Part shown: positions 18,804-29,089 of the stretch, piece after piece
Layout of the letters: each line of letters starts with the position of its first letter
Numbering within the stretch: the stretch's first letter is position 1
Assembly: GCA_965612745.1 (NCBI GenBank)
Contig: CBFDTD010000001.1
Coordinates: forward strand, 6,937 to 70,936
From: an uncultured bacterium
GTDB taxonomy: Bacteria; Chloroflexota; Anaerolineae; B4-G1
Reading direction: 5' to 3'
Length of the DNA stretch: 64,000 nucleotides
Position numbers and translations under genes: made by a program
The notes under the pieces: model-generated
Seen by the model: only the letters and a program-made list of their open reading frames with translations
Databases searched by the model: none
What the model was told of the DNA's origin: nothing

Positions 18804-19361
18804 TTAGCCTTCCAGGATCTCACGTTGCTTACGCTCGCTAATTTCGTCCATTTGCTCGGAGTAGCGATCAATGAGATCCTGAAGGTCGTCTTTCCCACGG
18901 TAGAAGTCGTCTTCGGAAATGAGTTTTTCCTTCTCAAATTCGCGCAAGTCGTCCAGCGCCTCGCGGCGAATGTTGCGCAGTGCCACTTTTCCTTCCTCAA
19001 CGCGATGGCGCACTAACTTTGCCAGTTCCCGCCGCCGCTCTTCGGTGAGGCGTGGAATGGGGAGGCGAATGATCCTGCCATCATTACTAGGGGTGAGGCC
19101 CAGTTCGGATTTGAGGATAGCCCGCTCGATGTCGCCCAGTGACCCTGGGTCGTAGGGCCGGATGGTGAGCAACTGGGGTTCCGGTGCCGAGATGACGGCT
19201 AACTGTTTGAGGGGCGTAAGTGTGCCATAGTATTCCACCATCACCCGTTCCACCAACGCCGGGGATGCGCGCCCGGTGCGGATGGTGCGCAGATCGGCCT
19301 CTAGCACCTCAATGGATTTGCGCATGCGCTCTTCTGTCTCACGTAGCAGTTCCTTAATCAT
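18804..19361 (-). CDS. frr: Ribosome recycling factor
   Basis: The Frr pattern is present, and the gene sits in the conserved tsf-pyrH-frr context. Confidence 0.9.
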   Translation of the reverse strand: MIKELLRETEERMRKSIEVLEADLRTIRTGRASPALVERVMVEYYGTLTPLKQLAVISAPEPQLLTIRPYDPGSLGDIERAILKSELGLTPSNDGRIIRLPIPRLTEERRRELAKLVRHRVEEGKVALRNIRREALDDLREFEKEKLISEDDFYRGKDDLQDLIDRYSEQMDEISERKQREILEG

Positions 19362-19363
19362 CG

Positions 19364-20080
19364 CTATCGAGAAATCAATGTCCCAATGCTCTCCCCTAAC
19401 ACGGCCCGTTCCAGGCTATGGGGCTGCCATAGATTGAGCACAATGATAGGCAGGTCGTTTTCCATACACAGTGAGATTGCCGTGGCGTCCATCACGCCCA
19501 CCTGCATTTCGAGTGCTTGCATATAGGTCAGATTATCAAAGCGCTCAGCGTCGGGATTCTCGTGTGGATCCTCGGCGTAGATGCCATCCACCTTCGTGGC
19601 TTTGATCAGCAGATCGGCGTCAATCTCCATCGCCCTGAGCGCAGCAGCCGTGTCGGTGGTGAAGTACGGGTTCCCTGTACCACCGCCGATGACGACGACT
19701 CGCCCTTTTTCCAAATGGCGGATCGCCCGTCGGCGGATGTAGGGCTCGGCGATGGCCCGCATCTCAATAGCGGTCTGCACGCGGGTGACGATTCCCAGGC
19801 GTTCTAAGGCGTCGGCCAGAGCGAGAGCGTTCATCACTGTCGCCAGCATGCCCATATGATCTGCTGTGGCACGGTCTATCCCATGTGCAAGCCCATTCCG
19901 GCCGCGCCAGATATTACCTGCTCCCAAAACGATGGCTACCTCCACCTCCAGGTTGCGCACGGCCAGCACTTTAGCAGCGACTTCCTCCGCCATATGAGGG
20001 CTGATGCCAAAGCCACCTGGACCAGCCAGCGCCTCACCGCCTAGTTTGAGCAAGATCCGCTTGTATTTCGCGATGGCCAT
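19364..20080 (-). CDS. pyrH: UMP kinase
   Basis: The N-terminus [12 protein letters not shown] is present. Confidence 0.9.
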   Translation of the reverse strand: MAIAKYKRILLKLGGEALAGPGGFGISPHMAEEVAAKVLAVRNLEVEVAIVLGAGNIWRGRNGLAHGIDRATADHMGMLATVMNALALADALERLGIVTRVQTAIEMRAIAEPYIRRRAIRHLEKGRVVVIGGGTGNPYFTTDTAAALRAMEIDADLLIKATKVDGIYAEDPHENPDAERFDNLTYMQALEMQVGVMDATAISLCMENDLPIIVLNLWQPHSLERAVLGESIGTLISR

Positions 20081-20128
20081 CCCGTCCTGATCCGTTACTG
20101 TCTTAAAATCTGTGTTATTAGGATTGGG

Positions 20129-20731
20129 TCACTCCAGGCCCTCTCCTACCTCGTAGCGCACGAAGCGACGGAGGACGATGTTTTCGCCAAGTTTAGCGAT
20201 GGCTTCGGTGATCAGATCCTGTATCGTCTTATCCTCGTCCTTGACGAAAGGCTGCTCCATCAGACAGACCTGCTGGTAGAACTTCTCCAGCCGTCCCTCG
20301 ACGATGCGATCCACAATGTGTTCAGGCTTGCCTTTCTCCAGGGCTTGGGCTCGGTAGATGGCTCGCTCGCGCTCGATCACCTCCGTGGGCACCTCCTCAC
20401 GGGTGTGGTAGTGCGGGGCAGCGAAGGCGATATGGAGCGCTAAATCGTGAGCCAGGGTCTTGAAATCATCCGTGCGAGCGACGAAGTCGGTCTCGCAATT
20501 CAGTTCCAACAACACAGCCACCCGACTGCCGGGGTGGACGTATGCTTCCACGACCCCATCGGAGGCCTGGCGGCCTGTCCGCTTGGCTGCGGCAGCCAAG
20601 CCCTTTTCACGCAAATAGGCAACTGCACTCTCGAAGTCGCCAGCAGAGGATTCCAACGCTTTACGGCAGTCCAGTACTCCGGCGCCGGTCGCCTGCCGTA
20701 GTTCCTTGACCATTGCAGCGGTGATTTCCAA
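20129..20731 (-). CDS. tsf: Elongation factor Ts
   Basis: The N-terminus [24 protein letters not shown] is present. Confidence 0.9.
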   Translation of the reverse strand: MEITAAMVKELRQATGAGVLDCRKALESSAGDFESAVAYLREKGLAAAAKRTGRQASDGVVEAYVHPGSRVAVLLELNCETDFVARTDDFKTLAHDLALHIAFAAPHYHTREEVPTEVIERERAIYRAQALEKGKPEHIVDRIVEGRLEKFYQQVCLMEQPFVKDEDKTIQDLITEAIAKLGENIVLRRFVRYEVGEGLE

Positions 20732-20749
20732 GTTTCGCTCTCCTAGTAT

Positions 20750-21682
20750 TTATGTTTCTTCTTCATATTCCACGACTATCGCACTATCTGCCACGGGTTC
20801 CTCTGACACCTCGGCCCCGCCCGGTTGTTCAACCACTTCGCCTGTTTCCCCCGCCTGCACCGCCTCCACAACTGGCTCCTCTTCTTCCTCTTCCTCGAAT
20901 GACAATTCCTTCAAGCGGGCCAAAGTAGCGGCGCTGAGGTATCTTTCATCCTCGATCTCGAATTCCTCACCTGCAAGGACTTCTGGCTCGTAGGCTTTCC
21001 GTTGTGCAATTCCCTCCAGCACAGCGTCGGCCATTTTCGAGGTAATCAACTTGATGGCGCGGATGGCGTCGTCGTTGGCCGGGATCACATAGTCAATTGG
21101 GTCGGGATCACAGTTGGTGTCCACAATAGCGATGATAGGAATACCCAATTTGTTGGCTTCCTTCACTGCGGTGGCCTCCCGTCGCACGTCTACGACGAAG
21201 AGCAAATCGGGGAGGTCGCGCATTTCTTTGATGCCCCCCAGCCGTTTGTTGAGTTTCTCAATCTGACGTTGCAGCCCCAAGGCTTCTTTTTTCGTTAAAC
21301 GCTCGAAGTCACCCCTGTCGCGGCGAGCCTCGAGGTTGAGCAAATAGTCTATCCGCTGCCGGATGGTGCGCCAGTTGGTCAATGTACCGCCCAGCCAGCG
21401 CTGGTTGACGTAGGGCATCTCACAGCGCTGTGCCTCTTGAGCGATAGTATCCTGAGCCTGCCGCTTCGTGCCTACGAAAAGCACCGTGCCTCCGGCCGCA
21501 ACAGTGTCTCGGATCAGTTCATAGGCTTCATCAATCGCGGTGATCGTCTGCTGCAGGTCTATGATGTGCACCCCGTTGCGCTCGGTAAAAATGTAGGGCT
21601 TCATCCTCGGATTCCAGCGCCGGGTGCGGTGACCGAAGTGCACTCCGGTTTCCAGGAGTGCTTTCATGGAAACGACAGCCAT
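20750..21682 (-). CDS. rpsB: 30S ribosomal protein S2 with an acidic C-terminal extension
   Basis: The S2 core is present, and the C-terminus is Glu-rich (EEEEEEEP...EYEEET). Confidence 0.9.
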   Translation of the reverse strand: MAVVSMKALLETGVHFGHRTRRWNPRMKPYIFTERNGVHIIDLQQTITAIDEAYELIRDTVAAGGTVLFVGTKRQAQDTIAQEAQRCEMPYVNQRWLGGTLTNWRTIRQRIDYLLNLEARRDRGDFERLTKKEALGLQRQIEKLNKRLGGIKEMRDLPDLLFVVDVRREATAVKEANKLGIPIIAIVDTNCDPDPIDYVIPANDDAIRAIKLITSKMADAVLEGIAQRKAYEPEVLAGEEFEIEDERYLSAATLARLKELSFEEEEEEEPVVEAVQAGETGEVVEQPGGAEVSEEPVADSAIVVEYEEET

Positions 21683-21848
21683 AGAGGAACCTCCTTAAAT
21701 TATCGTTGTTATCCTCCGCCTCCATCATTCCGTTGAGAGACCGGACGGGCTGCTCATCCGGCACGCTCTCACCGGTCAGGAGGCGTGTGTATTGGGTTAC
21801 CCCTGATGTGATTGTACCACAAAGTGGGATTTGAGCAACTCCGCCGGC

Positions 21849-22508
21849 CTATTCCTCTTCCGGTGCCTGCAAGCAGTAACCCAGTCGGCGGATCGTGCGC
21901 AGGTAGACTGGCGACCTGGAGTCTTCCTCGATTGCCTTGCGCACCCAATGGATGTGGACATCGAGAGTGCGCGTATCACCCACATAGTCGGTCTCCCATA
22001 CCTGCTTCATCAAGAAGGCCCGGGTCAAAATCTCGCCCGGATGGCGCATAAAGGTTTCGAGGAGGCGAGCCTGCTTAGGGGTGAGATGGGTTTCGCGCTC
22101 ACCGCGGATAACACACCGCTGATTGGTTTTGAAGACCACATCGCCTACCCGTAGCACTTCGAGCAGTCCATCTATCCGGTCAAGCAGTTTCTCGGCGGAA
22201 AAGGGATAATGCAGATAGGCATGCGCCCCCACGCTACGGTCAATCTTCTCTCCTTCTGGCAGCAGCATCAATACAGGGATTTCGTGAGCGGCCTTCTGCA
22301 AAGCCTGGCAGAAGCGGTGGCTGTTAAAGCGGAGTGAGGGGGAATCCAACACTATCAACGCTGGATGTGCTTCATGTACTTTGGCCCATGCTTCTTTTCG
22401 TGTGCGGGCCACAACAATATGGTACCCCTGGTCGTTAAGAACCGGGACCAGATGCCCTGCCATGGGCTTTCTCCCCCCCACAATCAGGATAGTGTAGACT
22501 GGCACCAC
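21849..22508 (-). CDS. OmpR-family DNA-binding response regulator
   Basis: It has a receiver domain plus a winged-helix Trans_reg_C domain (...YVGDTRTLDVHIHWVRKAIE...). Confidence 0.8.
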   Translation of the reverse strand: MVPVYTILIVGGRKPMAGHLVPVLNDQGYHIVVARTRKEAWAKVHEAHPALIVLDSPSLRFNSHRFCQALQKAAHEIPVLMLLPEGEKIDRSVGAHAYLHYPFSAEKLLDRIDGLLEVLRVGDVVFKTNQRCVIRGERETHLTPKQARLLETFMRHPGEILTRAFLMKQVWETDYVGDTRTLDVHIHWVRKAIEEDSRSPVYLRTIRRLGYCLQAPEEE

Positions 22509-22641
22509 CTGCTATATTCTCCTTGCTGCCTGTACTGGGCCACGGAGCGGGTTGTATTATACTTCATCCCATTGCTGAGGGCAAGTCAAGCAGACAGCCA
22601 CCCAACGGTTGACAGCAGGACACCAGAGTACCACAAGGTAA

Positions 22642-22728
22642 GGGGGTCGTAGTGGCGACTTCAGTCGCTCTGACCTCGCTTTGAACGACTGAAGTCGTTA
22701 CTACGAGCAAAATCGCCAGTGTGTAGGG
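22642..22728. repeat. About 87-bp direct repeat, copy 1, containing a 21-bp imperfect inverted repeat (tcgtagtggcgacttcagtcg...cgactgaagtcgttactacga)
   Basis: It is near-identical to 23075-23163. The pair flanks a roughly 350-bp non-coding segment. Confidence 0.7.
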
Positions 22729-23074
22729 CAACGGATGGACAGCGGATAAACGGATGAGATGACCGACTTTATCATCGTTGGCTCGGTGCGGCGATTTTGC
22801 CGCCGGACACCTTTGGGCAAGGGGTATCACCGTGGGATATGCTTCGCTCCTTAGCCCGGGCCACTACTCCCTCGGTGTTCACTCTCTCACCATCTGGATA
22901 CGCCCTCGGCAAGAGTGCCCGCCGGGGAATGCGGTGCTTCCGGAGGTTGCAATGCCGGAAGGCTATCCGCTTATCCGTTTCTCATCCGCTGCCCCGGTAA
23001 ACAGATACTGCTGCGAGGCCACGAAAGGGCGGCCGGCGCGGCCTACTTCTGCGCACTGATGAACCGCAAGATAT

Positions 23075-23163
23075 GGGGGTCGTAGTGGCGACTTCAGTCG
23101 CTCTGACCTCGCTCTGAACGACTGAAGTCGTTACTACGAGCAAAATCGCCGGTGTGTAGGGGG
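23075..23163. repeat. About 87-bp direct repeat, copy 2, with the same internal hairpin
   Basis: The sequence identity is read directly. Confidence 0.7.
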
Positions 23164-23212
23164 ATGATCAGTCGCCGGCGCTACAGAGTGCTGCGTTGTT
23201 GACCGCTAATGG

Positions 23213-23752
23213 CTAGCCGCTGGCCAATGTTGCACCTTTGCGTAATGCCTCCTTGTTCAACCCTAGCAGTTTGCGGTGGCGCTCCGGCAGGTGATCGTCC
23301 AGTGCCTGCTCCACTGCCTCCAGTGGCACGACGCCGGTGGCCTGCACCAGCGCACCCAAACAGATCACGTTCGCCAGCCGGGTGTTCCCAACCTCCTCGG
23401 CCATGTCGGTGGCGGGGACGTAGAAAACGCGGATGTCGTCTCGCTCGCTCTTCTGCGGAACGAGCGAACTGTTCACCACCAGCACACCGCCCGCTTTTAC
23501 TGCCGGCTCGAAGGCCTCCATCGAGGGAAGGTTGAGCACGATGGCCGCGCTGGGCCGCCGCACCAGCGGCGAGCCGATTTCCTCGTCGGAGACAACGACG
23601 GTGCAACGGGCCTTGCCGCCGCGCATCTCTGGACCGTAGGAGGGAATCCATGTCACGTGATAACCGCTGTCCATCGCAGCGTAGGCGAGCAATTGCCCGG
23701 CGAAGAGCGCCCCTTGCCCCCCAAAGCCAGAAATGATGATCTCTTCCTGCAT
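23213..23752 (-). CDS. 2-oxoacid:ferredoxin oxidoreductase, gamma subunit
   Basis: The N-terminus [14 protein letters not shown] is typical of POR/VOR/KOR gamma subunits. Confidence 0.85.
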   Translation of the reverse strand: MQEEIIISGFGGQGALFAGQLLAYAAMDSGYHVTWIPSYGPEMRGGKARCTVVVSDEEIGSPLVRRPSAAIVLNLPSMEAFEPAVKAGGVLVVNSSLVPQKSERDDIRVFYVPATDMAEEVGNTRLANVICLGALVQATGVVPLEAVEQALDDHLPERHRKLLGLNKEALRKGATLASG

Positions 23753-23863
23753 CCTGTGCCTCCTGCTTCCTGCCTCCTGCTTCCTGCCTCCTGCCTCCTG
23801 CCTCTTGCCTCCTGCCTCCTGCTTCCTGCTTCCTGCTTCCTGCCTCCTGCCTCCTGCTGCCTC
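23753..23863. repeat. Heptamer tandem array (CCTGCYT)x about 15, filling the whole beta-gamma spacer. On the mRNA (minus) strand it reads as repeated AGGAGGC/AGGAAGC, which is Shine-Dalgarno-like.
   Basis: The array is directly visible, and its boundaries coincide with the beta stop codon and the gamma start codon. Confidence 0.85.
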
Positions 23864-24685
<822 letters not shown>

Positions 24686-24723
24686 GGTTCCAGGTTACAG
24701 GTTGAACCTGGAACTTGAAACCC

Positions 24724-25788
24724 TCAATGGCATTCCTCGTCCAACTTCTCTAATTCGGGCAAAATCTCGTCGGGCAGGGGGATGACGCCGCCTAACCGGC
24801 CATAGAAGTGCACCGGGCATCTCCCCTCGACGGCCAGCCGCACGTCCTCAAGCATCTGCCCGGCGTTCATCTCTACGACCAGCATGCCGCGCACCTGCTC
24901 GGCTAGTTCCCCAAGGCGGGTGCTGGGGAAGGGCCAGAGAGTGATGGGGCGCAAGAGCCCGACCTTCAGCCCTTTCTCTCGTCCCTCCCGCACCACCGTC
25001 TGGCAGACCCGCCCCACGGTGCCGAAGGCGACCAGTAGCAGGTCGGCGTCCTCGGTGTCGTACTCCTTCCAGCGCACCTCGTTGGCGGCAATCTCCTTCA
25101 GTTTGGCCTGCAAACGCAGGTTGACCCGCTCCATGTTCTCCGCACCCAGGTAGAGGGAGGTGATGATGTTGTGCTCACGTCCCTTAGCGCCGGTCAGCGC
25201 CCAGGAGGGCCGTTCCTCAGGCGGACGGACGGGTCGCATCGGCGGCAGTTCTGCCGGTTCCATCATCTGGCCGATGGAGCCATCGGCGACGAACATAACG
25301 ATGGTGCGGTACTTCTCCGCCAGGTCGAAGGCCAACACCATTAGGTCGATCGCCTCCTGAACGTTGGCCGGGGCCAGGACGATCATATGGAAGTCGCCGT
25401 GACCGGCGGACTTGACTGCCTGGAAGTAGTCGCTCTGCGCGGGCTGGACGTTGCCCAGGCCCGGCCCACCGCGCATGATGTTCGTCACCACCGCCGGTAC
25501 CTCGGAGCAGGCGATGTAGGAGAACCCCTCCTGCATCAGGCTGACGCCGGGGCTGGATGAAGAAGTCATCACCCGCGCGCCGGCGCAGGCTGCGCCGTAG
25601 ACCATATTGATAGAGGCCACCTCGCTTTCGGCCTGCAGGAAGACGCGCCCCAATTCCGGGAGGCGCTTGGAGAAATGCTCCAACACCTCCGTCTGAGGTG
25701 TGATGGGGTAGCCAAAGAAGGCTTCGACCCCGGCCCGTATGGCGGCCTCGGCGATGGCTGCGTTCCCTTCGAGAAGTTCTTTTGCCAT
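24724..25788 (-). CDS. 2-oxoacid:ferredoxin oxidoreductase, alpha subunit
   Basis: The N-terminus [26 protein letters not shown] is present. Confidence 0.85.
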   Translation of the reverse strand: MAKELLEGNAAIAEAAIRAGVEAFFGYPITPQTEVLEHFSKRLPELGRVFLQAESEVASINMVYGAACAGARVMTSSSSPGVSLMQEGFSYIACSEVPAVVTNIMRGGPGLGNVQPAQSDYFQAVKSAGHGDFHMIVLAPANVQEAIDLMVLAFDLAEKYRTIVMFVADGSIGQMMEPAELPPMRPVRPPEERPSWALTGAKGREHNIITSLYLGAENMERVNLRLQAKLKEIAANEVRWKEYDTEDADLLLVAFGTVGRVCQTVVREGREKGLKVGLLRPITLWPFPSTRLGELAEQVRGMLVVEMNAGQMLEDVRLAVEGRCPVHFYGRLGGVIPLPDEILPELEKLDEECH

Positions 25789-25798
25789 TTTTTACCTC

Positions 25799-26047
25799 CT
25801 ACGCGACGGCGGCCGCCCGTCTGGGCTGCCGCTTGCGCCGATATACGGTGAAAACCACATCGGGGCAGATGATAGCGCACACCGTGCATCCGGTACACGC
25901 TTCCGGGTCCGTCACTTCGACGGGCCGATACCCTTTGGCATTGAACCGGTCCTCTGCCAGTTGGAGGATGTGCACGGGGCAGACGGTCACGCATAGACCG
26001 CATCCCTTGCAGCGATCCTCGTCAATGATGACCATTCCTTTTGCCAT
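25799..26047 (-). CDS. 2-oxoacid:ferredoxin oxidoreductase, delta subunit (2x[4Fe-4S] ferredoxin)
   Basis: Two CxxCxxCxxxCP motifs are present. Confidence 0.8.
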   Translation of the reverse strand: MAKGMVIIDEDRCKGCGLCVTVCPVHILQLAEDRFNAKGYRPVEVTDPEACTGCTVCAIICPDVVFTVYRRKRQPRRAAAVA

Positions 26048-26120
26048 ATTGTCCTCCGTATTTCATGTTGCTGAAGTGGCTGAAAGTCAACCAGGATTAT
26101 ACAACCGCCAACGTTGCCCG

Positions 26121-26651
26121 TCAATCTCCATTGCCAAAGGGCTGTCTCAGCCGTGCCTCGATCTGTGCCAACGCCGCGTCCAGTTGCTCCAGATAGCCGA
26201 CCAGCGGTGTCTCGGCGATGGCGATCTCTAGCGGCACATCTACATCCAGCGGCACTGTGGTGGCAATGCTCACCGTCTGGCTGACCGGCACGGTGAACTC
26301 CAGATCCACCGGAATGACGGTGCGGATGGGCACCTCTAGGTTGTAGGTAGTCACGCCCAGGTCAATGGGCACGATGACGGTGGTGTTGATTGGGATAGTT
26401 GTATTGATGGGTACGGTGACTTCTTCATTGAAGGGGATGCTGGTCGCGATGGGAATCTCCTGGTTCACTTCGAGGGTGTAGGAAAAGGTATCGTCGCCGA
26501 TGTCGGTGACGAGAGCGCGGGCGTCGGCCACCGTATCCAGGGCAATCTGCCGCGCCCGCATCAGGCTGAGGATGATGGTGGCATTGAGCGTCAGCGAAAG
26601 TAGCGTCAATATAGCCAGCACAATCAGGATCACGAGGTAGGCTTTCCTCAT
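26121..26651 (-). CDS. Hypothetical membrane-anchored protein with internally repetitive VPI/TTIP(I/V) segments
   Basis: It has an N-terminal TM helix followed by short repeats (PINTTIPINTTVIVPIDLGVTTYNLEVPIRTVIPVDLEFTVPV). It lies 15 bp downstream of the MTase-like gene. Confidence 0.45.
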   Translation of the reverse strand: MRKAYLVILIVLAILTLLSLTLNATIILSLMRARQIALDTVADARALVTDIGDDTFSYTLEVNQEIPIATSIPFNEEVTVPINTTIPINTTVIVPIDLGVTTYNLEVPIRTVIPVDLEFTVPVSQTVSIATTVPLDVDVPLEIAIAETPLVGYLEQLDAALAQIEARLRQPFGNGD

Positions 26652-26666
26652 CGGTGAACTCCTTGC

Positions 26667-28976
26667 TCAGAACAGTGGGATCTGGGCCACTTCTTGCTCG
26701 ACGATGGGGTCGAGGCCCAGCACGGTCTTGAGAGCGTGGCGGTCCAGTTCCTCCTTGGCGACCAGGCGGCGCAGATGACGAAACTTGATGAACTGCCATC
26801 CGCCCGCTTCGACGGCACTGGTCAGGCGCGGGTCGCGCTGCAATTTGAGGCCGACCAACTGTGCCCGCCCGCCGGGCAGGACAAGGCAACGCTGCGCCCC
26901 CTCATCAGCGGTGCGTTCGACGAGCAGGTGAGGCCCCAGGAGCGCCGTGGCCGAGACGGCGAAGACGTAAGCCTCCCGTCCTTCCTCCAGCCAGCGCACG
27001 TCCCAGCCATTGCCGCGCCGTCTCACCCTGAACCCCAGCCGTTTCCCTAACTTCACCAGATCACCACGCAGCGCCTTGAGTTCGGCGGCGCGCCGCTGAG
27101 GGTCGTCTTCGGGACGCAGTCGCCGTATCCTGTCTTCCTGCACACTGTACGAGTCTATGCAGACTTGAACCAGCGCCAGGTCGGGTGTGAGTGAGCCGGG
27201 GAAGCAGGCGTAGATAGCGTTGACCAATTCCTCCTCGTCCCACGTTGTACGCCGCCTCAGTAGTTCAAGCACCGTTGTTTCGACCCGGTCGGCCAGAGGT
27301 TCTTGCGCACCACAGGGGTCGGCCAGCCACCACAGCGGCTCATCGCCTGGCGCGGCCGTTTCCACTTGCACCAGCGGTGCCTTCTCGATGGCCTGCCGCG
27401 TGGTGTGAGCAGTGAAGCCAAGCGGGGGTGGGCCGTCATCGGGAAGGGCTGCGATGACGGTCAGCGCTCCCTCCCTGGTCAGCCCCGCATACACGCCGGC
27501 GTGCAGCATAGCCCAACCTGTCGGCTCCCCACGCTCCCGGAGGGTACTTACTGCTGCCTCCCCTGTCACGGTCGCTAGTTTGTGCTCCAGTACCTTCATA
27601 TCGGTCGTCGCATCTTGCCTCTTGCGTCTTGCCTCTTGCGGCTCCCAGCGCCAGACCAGCCGGTAGCCAACCTCGGGGCTGTAGCCCCAGCCCTCCAGGG
27701 TGTAGCCCGCGCCGCCGGCTGCCAGGCAGACCGATTCCAGCAGCGCGTCGTCGGGGTCGGAGAAGAGCGTGACCAGGTAGCCGTCGGAGGCGAGCAGCGG
27801 GCCGGCGGCCTCCAGCGCTCTCCGCAGCACGCGCCAATGCCACTCCCAATCGAACCTGCGGCGGCGCAGGAAGGGACGCATGGCTCGGGCGGCCGGCAAC
27901 TCCCATAGCCATCCCGCCCACAGCGCCGAGAGCGCCCAGAAGACCCCATCGGGCCGGGGCGGATCGGCGAAGATGAGAGAGACGCTGCCGGGCGGGACGA
28001 TCTCTCCTGCGTCGCGGGTCGCACGGCTGACCAGCGCGTACCCCTGGGCCTCGCCTCTCACCAGCGCCGTGACATCTGAAGCCTGCGGTATAGGAGACGG
28101 CGTCTCTGCGGTCAGCAAGCGCGAGAACCCCTCTTCAAAGCACAGCCAGACGTTGCGCTCGACATAGCGGGAGGGGACGCGCAGTGTGCGGGGGCGCGGT
28201 CGCTCCTCTCCGTAGGGGTCGAGGCTGGAGCCGGCATCGAAGCAATCGAGCAGTGTGCCGGTTAGTGCGACCTTGGCCTCCTCGTCGGCCTCCAGCCCTT
28301 CCAGCCGCAGCGCCAGATCCATCAATGCGGAGAGGTTGCGCGGCGTGTAGAGCGCGACCAGTTCGGCGGCCCGCTCCCGCGCCGGGTGGCCCGGGGGAGC
28401 CACGCGGTCGAGCGCGTAGTAGTAGGCCAGACCTCGCGGCAGGATGCGGCGGGCGGATGCGACATCCTCGTCGTCCGGCACCCCCTCCCGTACCTCCTCG
28501 CACCTGGGGCAGTGCACTGCTTTCCTGAACGGACGGCCCTCGTCGCGCTCCCAGGCGAACCACACAGCGGTGCCCGCCGCGCCGCAGGCCGGGCAGGTCG
28601 AGCGGTAGAGGGAGGTCAGGTAGCGGTGCAGAGGCACGTCCCCCTTGGGGCTATCGGCCAGGCGGGTGAAGGCGGCGTTGAGCGCGTCGGGTTCGCAGCG
28701 GCTCAGTCCCAGGCGAGCGATGACGAGGAGCAGGGGGTTGACGCTCAGGCCCAGTGCGCGGCGGTCAGCGGCGACCGTCTCCCGCACGAGCGTCGGCCCC
28801 TGGCAGAACAGGTCTACCACCAAGTCGCCGGGCCGAGTGAGGCTCTGCACGTATGCCCCCACCGCCCCGACCGGCTGAGTGGGGCGGTAGCGGGCCAACG
28901 GTCCGCCAGGTGCGCCTGGCCTTCCGGGGATGAACCAGGCTCGCTCGGTCGGGTGTGACTCGCGCAGGTCGTTCAC
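26667..28976 (-). CDS. Large (about 770 aa) methyltransferase-like protein with degenerate SAM and catalytic motifs and an inserted zinc ribbon. Its function is unknown.
   Basis: A motif-I-like VVDLFCQGPTL resembles the DxFxGxG loop but has the glycines replaced. DPPRP stands in for the (D/N)PP(Y/F) motif. There is a CPACG...CPRC zinc ribbon. The C-terminal roughly 300 aa show no recognised pattern. The start was chosen at an in-frame GTG (28976) preceded by a tatact -10-like box. The ORF-track N-terminal 50 aa look non-coding. Confidence 0.45.
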   Translation of the reverse strand: MNDLRESHPTERAWFIPGRPGAPGGPLARYRPTQPVGAVGAYVQSLTRPGDLVVDLFCQGPTLVRETVAADRRALGLSVNPLLLVIARLGLSRCEPDALNAAFTRLADSPKGDVPLHRYLTSLYRSTCPACGAAGTAVWFAWERDEGRPFRKAVHCPRCEEVREGVPDDEDVASARRILPRGLAYYYALDRVAPPGHPARERAAELVALYTPRNLSALMDLALRLEGLEADEEAKVALTGTLLDCFDAGSSLDPYGEERPRPRTLRVPSRYVERNVWLCFEEGFSRLLTAETPSPIPQASDVTALVRGEAQGYALVSRATRDAGEIVPPGSVSLIFADPPRPDGVFWALSALWAGWLWELPAARAMRPFLRRRRFDWEWHWRVLRRALEAAGPLLASDGYLVTLFSDPDDALLESVCLAAGGAGYTLEGWGYSPEVGYRLVWRWEPQEARRKRQDATTDMKVLEHKLATVTGEAAVSTLRERGEPTGWAMLHAGVYAGLTREGALTVIAALPDDGPPPLGFTAHTTRQAIEKAPLVQVETAAPGDEPLWWLADPCGAQEPLADRVETTVLELLRRRTTWDEEELVNAIYACFPGSLTPDLALVQVCIDSYSVQEDRIRRLRPEDDPQRRAAELKALRGDLVKLGKRLGFRVRRRGNGWDVRWLEEGREAYVFAVSATALLGPHLLVERTADEGAQRCLVLPGGRAQLVGLKLQRDPRLTSAVEAGGWQFIKFRHLRRLVAKEELDRHALKTVLGLDPIVEQEVAQIPLF

Positions 28977-29089
28977 GGTGTTCGTAGTATACCACCACAA
29001 GGGGGAGACGAAAAGTGATGAGTTGCTGGAGATTCCGCTTATGCTATAATGCACCACGTCTTGGCAAACCCACGCGGAGGTGAGGCAAT

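Noticed and set aside
22510-22600. A minus-strand TTGACT...TATAAT pair upstream of the response-regulator gene, considered as a promoter
   Set aside because: The spacing between the hexamers is about 22 nt, which is too long for a sigma70 promoter.
22778-23059. 93-aa ORF inside the repeat-flanked segment
   Set aside because: It has no RBS, atypical composition and internal palindromes. The segment is more likely non-coding, so it is reported as a finding rather than a CDS.
23753-23863. A possible CRISPR array, suggested by the regular short repeats
   Set aside because: The units are 7 bp with no spacers, which is far below CRISPR repeat and spacer sizes. No cas genes are nearby.
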